Positions 57,167 to 64,000 of a stretch of DNA of 64,000 nucleotides are shown piece after piece; within the stretch, counting starts at the first letter, position 1, and each line of letters opens with the position of its first letter. This stretch comes from an uncultured Chloroflexia bacterium. Its GTDB lineage: Bacteria > Chloroflexota > Limnocylindria > Limnocylindrales > CSP1-4. The position numbers and the translations under genes were made by a program. Where the stretch lies: NCBI GenBank assembly GCA_963759135.1, contig CAVWXU010000002.1, positions 2,360 to 66,359 of the forward strand, given 5' to 3'. The notes beneath the pieces are model-generated. The model saw nothing but the letters and a program-made list of their open reading frames with translations. It was not told where the DNA came from and did no database searches.

Positions 57167-57561
57167 GCCAGGTCGATCAACGGACGACGCCCCCGCACGC
57201 CTGCGGAGAGCTCGTGCCACCATGCGACGTCCGCCTCGCCGAGCCGCCAGCAGAGCCAGACCTGCCGCCCGGTCACGAGCGCCGGGAAGTCGACCAGCCC
57301 CGTCTGGATGTCCCGCAGCGTGATACCCCATGCGTCGACCTGGGCGACCGCCTGTTCCATCCGTGCGACGATCTCGCGCACGCGGCCCTGTTGCGCCTGG
57401 AGCGTGCCTTCCGAGCCGGGCGCCCCGTCCGACGCGAGAGTCTCGCGGAATTCCCGCTGCGCCTGCGCCAGGGCGTCACGGTCGGCTCGCAGGCCCTCGA
57501 GCAGCGGCCTCAGCTCGACCAGGCGCTCGTTGGCGGCGTCGATGTCGTAGAAGCGTCCCAT
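57163..57561 (-). CDS. DUF2203 family protein
   Basis: 132 aa with N-terminus MGRFYDIDAANERLVELRPLL and C-terminal WGITLRDIQTGLVDFPA...VWLCWRLGE. Confidence 0.7.
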   Translation of the reverse strand: MGRFYDIDAANERLVELRPLLEGLRADRDALAQAQREFRETLASDGAPGSEGTLQAQQGRVREIVARMEQAVAQVDAWGITLRDIQTGLVDFPALVTGRQVWLCWRLGEADVAWWHELSAGVRGRRPLIDLA

Positions 57562-57714
57562 CCGCCGGATTCTCGCACGGACCCGTCGGCTTCCCCTGCG
57601 CCGGTTGCGCAGTGTCGCGCGACGCTGCCGGCCCAGCTCCGCACGGCGCCTCGGCGTCGTTTCGCGGCGATCAGCGGGCAGAGAGCGCTGGGGCGGGCCG
57701 ATTGGCTTGCTGCG

Positions 57715-58110
57715 TCAGGCCTCGGCGCGGTGGGCGAGAGCCTCGGTGATGGCCGCCTGCAGGTGGGCGCGATCCGGGATGCCCGTCAGCGGCGTCACGC
57801 CTCTCGGGCCCTCTTCCTCGACCCAGTCGAGCTCGAGCCCCGGTGCCGTCAGCACCACGGGGATGCCGGGGTACATCTCGCGGAGCCCGCGGATGAGCCG
57901 GCGCCCGCCGTCGCTCTCCCCGGTGGCCCACACGTCGTAGAGCAGCACGTCCGCCTTCTCCGCCGCGTCACACGGTTCGCCGCGGAGGACGGGACAGCGG
58001 TTCATTGCCGGCCCCGTGCACAGCTCGGCCTCGTAGCCGGCCATTCGGAGCGCCTCGACCTCCTGGTCCGCAATGTCGATGTCGTGGTGCACCACGAGGA
58101 CGCGCGTCAT
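57715..58110 (-). CDS. stand-alone receiver-like (CheY-fold) protein, atypical
   Basis: ATG 58110 follows a strong AAGGAGGA RBS. The sequence is MTRVLVVHHDIDIADQEVEALRMAGYEA...ADVLLYDVW...IPVVLTA. The acidic pocket is degenerate and a Cys-rich insert is present (CTGPAMNRCPVLRGEPC). Confidence 0.5.
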   Translation of the reverse strand: MTRVLVVHHDIDIADQEVEALRMAGYEAELCTGPAMNRCPVLRGEPCDAAEKADVLLYDVWATGESDGGRRLIRGLREMYPGIPVVLTAPGLELDWVEEEGPRGVTPLTGIPDRAHLQAAITEALAHRAEA

Positions 58111-58225
58111 CGCCAGATCCTCCTTCGTCCCCGTCCCCGACTCGGACGACGGGGCGGCTCGAGAGGACCGATCGTCACCCGGACACGGGCCGATCGACAG
58201 GGGCAAACGTCCCGATTCGGCCGGG

Positions 58226-58269
58226 AACGGGTGGGGTGCAACGGGTGGGGTTGCAACGGGTGGGGTTGC
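58226..58269. repeat. 3 x ~15-bp tandem repeat AACGGGTGGGG(T)TGC, G-tract rich, 36 nt upstream of tRNA-Lys
   Basis: Read directly: copies at 58226, 58240 and 58255. Together they provide six G3-G4 tracts. Confidence 0.9.
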
Positions 58270-58304
58270 TCGCGCCCGGAGTCCGCCGCCGCTACCCTGT
58301 GCGC

Positions 58305-58380
58305 GGGCCGGTAGCTCAGCGGTCAGAGCAGGGGGCTTTTAACCCTCGTGTCGTGGGTTCGAATCCCAGCCGGCTCACCA
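58305..58380 (+). tRNA. tRNA-Lys (anticodon UUU)
   Basis: The cloverleaf was folded by hand. The acceptor is GGGCCGG/CCGGCTC, the D-arm is TAGCTCAGCGGTCAGAGCA, the anticodon loop is CTTTTAA, and the T-arm is GTGGGTTCGAATCCCAG. CCA is encoded. Confidence 0.9.
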
Positions 58381-58630
58381 CGAATTCACGCGTGAATGTA
58401 GGCCCAGCAGCGAGTCGACGGGGCGGCCGAAACCCGATTGACAGCCCCAGAGACAGCCACGTCAAACGCATGGGGTGGACAAGCTGCGAGCTGGTGGACG
58501 TACGCCCCTCGATCGCCTCGTAGATCTGGTCGAGGGCTGCTGGGTTCAGGGACCAGCTGCAATACTGGAGGGGGGTATTGTCAGCGGGCGTATACTCGTA
58601 GAGCAACCCCGGCAGCTCTGCTGTCGGCCC

Positions 58631-58669
58631 GGAGGTCGCCGGAAACGGTGACCTCCGCTTGTTTGTTGG
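58631..58669 (+). terminator. hairpin plus T-rich tail (candidate intrinsic terminator) just upstream of the NYN gene
   Basis: GGAGGTCGCC-GGAAAC-GGTGACCTCC forms a 10-bp stem with 1 mismatch, followed by GCTTGTTTGTTGGG. Confidence 0.35.
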
Positions 58670-58677
58670 GACGCCGT

Positions 58678-59299
58678 GTGAAGACCAACTACTACGTCGA
58701 CGGCTTCAACTTGTACTACCGGGCACTGGAGCACGGGCCGTATCGTTGGCTTGACCTCGCGGCGCTGTTCCGACACGCACTGCCACGCAACTCCATCCAC
58801 CGCATCCGTTACTTCACGAGCCACGTGTCGGGGTCTGTCGATCCCGACAAGCCCGTGCGCCAGCAGCTTTATCTCCGTGCGTTGGCGACGACCCCCGACC
58901 TGTCTTGTCACTACGGGCAGTTCCACCGGAACCGGGTCTTGCGGCCGGTTGTCCAACCAAGGCCGGGTTCCCGGACGCACGTGGAGGTCTGGGACACGAA
59001 AGAGAAGGGCTCGGACGTGAGCCTCGCGTCGATGCTTCTCTTTGATGCCCACCAGAGCGACTTTGAGGCCGCGGTGGTGGTTTCCAACGATTTTGATCTA
59101 CTCCTGCCCGTGCAACTCGTGGTTCAAGAGTTCGGCAAGCCCGTTGGAATCCTTGACCCGAGCGACAGACGAAGCAAGTCTTCTCGCCCGCCTAGCGAGC
59201 TTCTACCGCGTAATCCATCGATCCGATCTTGCGGCCAGCCAGTTCCCCGCGACAATGCACGACGGGCGCGGGCCGTTCAGCAAGCCAGCCGCCTGGTAG
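58678..59299 (+). CDS. NYN (LabA/PIN-like) domain protein, apparent frameshift near 59171
   Basis: From the GTG start: KTNYYVDGFNLYY...KEKGSDVSLA...AAVVVSNDFDL. The conserved C-terminus ASFYRVIHRSDLAASQFPATMHDGRGPFSKPAAW is in another frame. G+C is clearly lower than the flanks. Confidence 0.7.
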
Positions 59300-59302
59300 C
59301 CC

Positions 59303-60435
59303 TCAGGCCCCGAGGATCGCGTCCATGCCGGCCGCGACCTGCTGCTGGCGCTGCTCCAGAACATGTCCGTAGGTGTTCGAGGTCAGCGTGATGGAGCTAT
59401 GGCCGAGCAGGTTCTTGACGTCCTCGAGCGTGAAGCCCTGCGCCAGCAGGAACGTCGCGGCGGTGTGGCGCAGGTCGTGGAAGCGGCTGTGCGGGCAGCC
59501 CCGCCCGCACGAGCGCGCGCTGGAAGGCGCGGGTGACGGTGGCGGCATCGAGGGCTGATCCGAGACTCGTGGTGAAGACGTAGCCCGCCTCCTGCCAGCG
59601 CGACCCGGCCACCAAACGTTCCATGCGCTGGCGGGTCCGATGCGCACGCAGGGTCGAGAGGGCGATCTCGGGCAGGACGAGCGTCCGGCGGCTGCGCTCG
59701 GTCTTGGGCTCCAAGAGCACCAGCTTGCCCTGCACCCGCGCGAGGGCATGCCGCACGTGCAGCCGGCGGGTCTCCAGATCGACGTCCTCCCAGCGCAGCC
59801 CTAGCAGCTCCCCCTGGCGCATCCCGGTGGCCAGCGCCGTGACGTACAGAGCTTCGAGCCGGTCGCCGGCCGCGGTTTCGAGCAGCTGGTGGGCCTGCTC
59901 GGGGGTGAGGGGTCGGATCTCGTGGTGGGGCACGCGTGGCGGATCGACCAGCCGGGCCACGTTGCGTGAGGCGAGGCCCCAGCGCTCGGCGGTCACCAGC
60001 GCTCGCCGCAGCACGGCACGGATGTGCATGACCCGCTTCGGGGAGAGCCCCGCAGCGAGCTTGGCGTCGAGGAACGTCTGCACCTCCATGGGGGTGAGCC
60101 TGGCCACCGCGATCCGGCCCAATCCGGGGATCAGATGGAGCGACACGATGTCGTCGTAGGTCGAGTAGGTGGAGTAGCGCAGCGTCGGCCTGGCGACCTC
60201 GTCGAGCCACTGGCGCAGGAAGGGCCCGAGCTTGCGGCGTTGGTCGGGGACCGCTCGGCGCTCGTCGCGCGCGCGGAGGAGCGGGAGCGAGCTTGGCGGC
60301 GACCTCGGCGCGGGTGTGGCCGATGACGAACTTGCGCACCCGTCGTCCGTTCTCGTAGCCCAGGTGGACCGCGCCCTCCCAGCGCCCGTCCTGGCGCTGG
60401 TAGATGGAGCCCTCGTTCGGCCCACGGCGGGTCAT
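59303..60435 (-). CDS. tyrosine recombinase (phage-type integrase), read through two apparent frameshifts
   Basis: The N-terminus MTRRGPNEGSIYQRQDGRWEGAV, the core ...ATGMRQGELLGLRWEDVDL... and the C-terminus RFHDLRHTAATFLL...LLGHSSITLTSNTYGHV lie in three frames. The junctions are near 60290 and at the GGG run 59493-59495. Confidence 0.8.
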
Positions 60436-61640
60436 CGGGGCATCCCCCGCGGGACGTTCGGGGAAGGGGCGGCGAGGCGCTTGCGTCGTTCGCGCTGGGT
60501 GAAGCGGAAGCGCTCGCGATCGTTGCAGAAGCTCGATCGGCGGGCGTCGAGGGTGAGGAAGGGCTGGCCGCACTCGCGGCAGAAGGCCGCGCCCCTGTGG
60601 CCTTCGCTGACCCGCCGCAGTCCTTCGAGGAGCTGCAGGTAGACGGGCGCCAGCAGGGAGCGCCACCGGCGGTGCTCGTGTACCTCGAGCGGCCCGCCCC
60701 ATTCCCAACGGGGGGCCTCGCCTTCGCGTTCCGGCGGAACGGCGCGACCCTCGCGGGCGCACCCAGACCTCGTGCGCCGCGGCCCTGCGGACATACGGGT
60801 CGAGCAGCCGTCGCTCGAGCTCGAGAAGCCCATGCCAGTCGGCGCTCAGCCGGCCGCCAGCATCTGAGGGTGCGGCGCCCAGCCGTCGATCTCATAGGCC
60901 TCGTCGTCCCACTGCTCGCCCAGGCGTCGCTCGGGACCCACAGGATCGGGACGGCTCGCGCTGGATGCGCTCCCAGGCGGCATGGGCTGTGGGCCACCAG
61001 TGCTCGGTGAACTGCCTGGGCGTGATGCGGCCGAGGTTCCACTCGAGCCGGCCGTGGTTCAGCACGTCCTCGAAGCGCGCGTACTGCTGCATGGGCGGCG
61101 TGATGCGCGCCTCGAGGTCGTGGCGCCGCCCAGCCAGAGCACGCTCGCCACGGGGGTCCGCGAGCGCAGGCTGCGACCAGGCTCGGGTCCCACCCTCCGT
61201 CGGGCCGCCAGCCGCGGCAGCGGAGGAACGGCTCGGTCGCGCTCCGCGCTCAGGCGGGCCAGCGCGAGGAGATGCCAGCGCACGTTGCGCTGCTGGCCAG
61301 ACACGTCGGTCAGGCGCATCGTGGAAGCCGTCGTCATCGGTGGGCCAGTCGTGGCGCTCAGACTCCTCGTCGGGGAACAGGTGCGGCCAGATCGAGCACG
61401 CCATGCTGCGCGTACCACTGCTGCGCCTTGCGCGGGCGCTCGAAGTCGAACCGGGCGAAGGCCTCGGCGAGCAGGAGGCCCTCCTGGCGGTGCGCTCGAA
61501 GGGATCCCAGTCGCGACCGGCCGTGCTCGACCAACGATGTCCCCCGCCGTCGCCCTGACCGCTGTCGCTGCCCGCAGGATCGAGACCCAGGTCGGCAGGC
61601 GCAGGCACCCGACGCCAGCGAAGCGCGGCCGCAGGCTCAT
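60432..61640 (-). pseudogene. frame-disrupted gene(s) upstream of the integrase; C-terminal Cys-rich CGNR-like zinc-finger segment
   Basis: Coding-looking segments switch frame at least 5 times (HRQEGLLLAEAFARFDFERPRKAQQWYAQHGVLDLA / LFPDEESERHDWPTDDDGFH / RLTDVSGQQRNVRWHLLALARLSAER / RHDLEARITPPMQQYARFEDVLNHGRLEWNLGRITPRQF / DWHGLLELERRLLDPYV / CRECGQPF...FCNDRERFRFTQRERRKR). Confidence 0.4.
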
Positions 61641-61756
61641 GGCATCTTCGTCGAGCGTGAAGTCATCGGCTGTTTCCTGTTGTGCGCGTCACTCGCGGGC
61701 TTAGAGTTTTCGCATGGTCCTCGGCAATCTATCAAGCTACCAATGACACGGAGAGC

Positions 61757-61982
61757 ATGCCACAAGTGGCGACGCAAGGGAAGCCCGTGGACGCGGTGGA
61801 CGGCGGGACGGGGCGCCTGCTCCGCATCGAGGAGATCGCCGACCGGCTGTCGGTGAGCCGCTCGATGGCCTGGAAGCTCATCGCGCTCGGGCAGATCCGC
61901 TCGCTGCGCATCGGCCGGTGCAGTCCGCGTCCGTCCCCAGGATCTCGAGGCCTTCATCGCCGACGCCGGCCGCGAGCGCTGA
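61757..61982 (+). CDS. excisionase/MerR-like HTH DNA-binding protein, apparent frameshift near 61919
   Basis: LLRIEEIADRLSVSRSMAWKLIALGQIRSLRIGR is followed in the next frame by AVRVRPQDLEAFIADAGRER-stop. A GGAGAG RBS is present. The divergent AT-richer region at 61690-61756 lies upstream. Confidence 0.6.
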
Positions 61983-62000
61983 CGGGAAGCCGGTGACGCC

Positions 62001-63600
62001 GTGAGCCGGGGACCGGGGCACATAAGATTGCCGCTCGACTTCGACGAGGACGAGGGGTGGGCCTCGATCGGTCCGATCGGGCAGGCGATGGCAGTCCGCG
62101 CGCTCGCCGCGTCGGCACGCAAGCTCACCGACGGCTACATCAGCGTGATCACCTACCGTCGGCTGGCCGTCGATGTGACGGGCCACCAGGCAACACAGGC
62201 GGCGACCGCCCTGGGGCGCATCGGCTTCTGGCAGCCTGTGGACGGCGGTGGCTGGCAGGTGGTTCGCTGGGAGCAGTACGCCTTCACGGCGGAACAGGTG
62301 GGAGAGTACCGCTCCTCGCAGGCGGAGAAGGCCAGCGCGGGCGGGTATGCCCGGACGGCTACGGCGACGCGTGACGGCCGTGGGCGGATGACGTCATCGA
62401 CTGAACCCAAGTCCCAGCCCAGCATGCAGCCCGACGGGCTGGATGCCCACCGGCCCGTCCACCAGCCCGAGTCCAGCCCTGATACCGATACCGATGCCGA
62501 TACCGGGTTCCGTCCCAGGGCCAGCGGCCCTAGGACAAGAAGAGACGAGTCGTTCTCTGATATCGGCGACGGGGAGGAACCGACCGAGACACGCTCGTTT
62601 GCCGGTGGATCGCCTGACGGAAGAAGCGAGGAAGATCTCTCTTCCGTCCCCCGGGCCGCTGGCCCGCCGGACGCCCCTCCCGGTATCGCCACTGGCGGGG
62701 GTATCGGGGACCACTGCCCCCGACCCGGTATCGCCGCCGCGGGGCGTCCGCGTGGGGCGGAGAGGGCGACGCTACGACCCGGCCTGGTCGAAGGCATCGG
62801 AGGCGTCGGTGTCCGGCTGGAAGACCGAGCGCTGCCAAGCGGCGCGCCAGGCCTGGGAAGCCCGTGGCTTCCGCAAGCCGCCCACCCAGAACCAGTGGCG
62901 GCTTCTCGAAGGCGTCAACGACCACGACCCAGCAGCCCTCGCGACGCTGATCCGCGACGCCCCGGCCGGGCAGTCAAACGAGATCGTGGGGTACGTCTTC
63001 GACCGGATCAACGCGGATGCTCGGCTGCACGGCTTCCTCGCCGCCGGACCGACCGCCGAGGGCAAGGCGCGCGAGCACCGCTGCCCTCCTGCAGCCGCGC
63101 GATGTCGCAGGGCTGGACCGGGCAGTACTTCTGCCTCTGGCATGGCCGGCCTGAGGCCGAAGCCGAAAGTGCGGCATCGTCGATGGGCGCCGACCAGGCC
63201 CCCGGGAGTTCTTCCGTCGACGTGGGCAGCCACGACGGCACGACGGCCAGTCCCGACGTCCGCGCCCCCGAAGCGCAAGAGGACCCTCCGCGTTGCGAGT
63301 GCGGCAAGACAAAGGTCGCCCGGCCGGACGGGCAGGGCTGGGTCTGCACCAACCCGTACGGGCATGACCGGTCTGGCGGTCGACCGGATGGCCGTCAGGA
63401 TCGGGGAGGACCTCTCGCGCGTGGCATCGGACAGCGAGGCCCCGCCGTGAACGAGACCCCCGTCCGCGACCCGCGGGCTGCTGTTCTCGTGCGGTACCAC
63501 GAGGCCTACCTTCGGCACCTCGATGGCATCGACCGCGGCGCGGACTCCGAGCGGCACCGCTTGGCCGCCTGGCTCCTTGAGCGTGCCGCACGTGGGGAGC
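62001..63600 (+). pseudogene. phage/integrative-element-like gene(s), frame-disrupted
   Basis: GTG 62001 opens IRLPLDFDEDEGWASIGPIGQAMAVRALAASARKLTDGYISV...WQVVRWEQYAFTAEQVGEY. Later coding-like pieces are in other frames (YDPAWSKASEASVSGWKTERCQAARQAWEARGFRKPPTQNQWRLLEGV; PPRCECGKTKVARPDGQGWVCTNPYGH). The function is unknown. Confidence 0.4.
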
Positions 63601-63607
63601 GCGATGA

Positions 63608-63969
63608 TCCGGCGTGTGGTCGTATGACTGGCCCGGCAACGTTCGCGAGCTCGAGAACATATCGAGCAGCTGCTCATAATGTGCCCCGATGATGTCATCG
63701 ATACGGCGATCCTGCCGCCCAACCTGGTTTCGGCGAACCGGACGGTGGAATCCCAGATTCCTGAAAAGCTCACCGATGCGGGTCTCGACCTCAATGCGGT
63801 GGTGCGCGAACTCGAGGGCAAGCTCATCAACGAGGCGCTCAAGCAGACCGGAGGAAACAAGCAGGCGGCGGCGAAGCTGCTGGGGCTGAAGCGGACCACC
63901 TTCGCCGCGAAGCTCCGCAGATGCGGCGTGATAACCCCATCGACGAACGGCAACGGACCGGAGACCTAG
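63608..63969 (+). pseudogene. C-terminal fragment of a sigma-54-dependent (NtrC/Fis-family) transcriptional activator
   Basis: YDWPGNVRELEN is followed, after a 1-nt frame slip near 63660, by IEQLLIMCPDDVIDTAILPP and the Fis-type HTH GGNKQAAAKLLGLKRTTFAAKLRRCG. No AAA+ domain lies upstream. The local G+C is well below the window average. Confidence 0.7.
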
Positions 63970-64000
63970 GAAACGCGATGGACGCTGAGCAACCGGCAGT

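Larger units (their letters stand above)
58381..64000. mobile_element. integrated element / genomic island at tRNA-Lys (right end beyond the window)
   Basis: The tRNA 3' end is followed by a 14-nt palindrome, then a lower-GC NYN gene, an integrase, an Xis-like HTH, decayed phage-like ORFs and a foreign gene fragment. I found no second att repeat inside the window. Confidence 0.6.

Noticed and set aside
58316-58606. 96-aa minus-strand ORF overlapping tRNA-Lys.
   Set aside because: It overlaps the tRNA gene antisense and has no start context. At most, the segment NPAALDQIYEAIEGR could be a gene remnant.

Overview
High-GC window (roughly 70% G+C by eye) from a Gram-positive-type genome, Actinomycetota-like in gene content: Ku, F420/LLM oxidoreductase, LmbE/PIG-L deacetylase, WYL regulator, LAL-type LuxR. 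All product calls come from motifs I recognise in the translated ORFs; no database search was possible. I support about 58 protein-coding genes, one tRNA-Lys(UUU), one TPP riboswitch, several short tandem-repeat arrays and one integrated element. Positions 1-58.3 kb are core chromosome. They carry a phosphoketolase-acetate kinase operon, two MFS genes, an orphan permuted DNA methyltransferase, a 1090-aa LuxR regulator, Ku with a degenerate ligase-like gene, and a LiaF-like/PspC pair. They also carry Fpg/Nei, an HD (SAMHD1-like) hydrolase, pntAA-AB-B, a polar amino-acid ABC transporter, and a TPP-riboswitch-controlled thiN-ykoEDC thiamine salvage operon. The most unusual locus is 48.1-53.2 kb. 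It is a Rieske/cytochrome b6-type complex operon whose first gene is a GltD-like NAD(P)H flavoprotein with a 2x[4Fe-4S] domain, translationally coupled to cytochrome b6. Its last gene is a cytochrome c fused to a blue-copper (cupredoxin) domain, and a stand-alone cupredoxin paralog lies at 13.2 kb. From tRNA-Lys (58.3 kb) to the window end lies a compositionally heterogeneous integrated element. It holds a NYN-domain gene, a tyrosine integrase, an Xis-like HTH gene, heavily frame-disrupted phage-like genes and a low-GC sigma-54 activator fragment. A pervasive caveat is that at least 12 otherwise conserved genes change reading frame once or more, mostly at G/C homopolymers or GC-rich tandem repeats. 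I interpret most of these as indel errors in the assembly, or less likely recent pseudogenisation. Many long ORFs in the supplied track are antisense artefacts of high GC and were not called.
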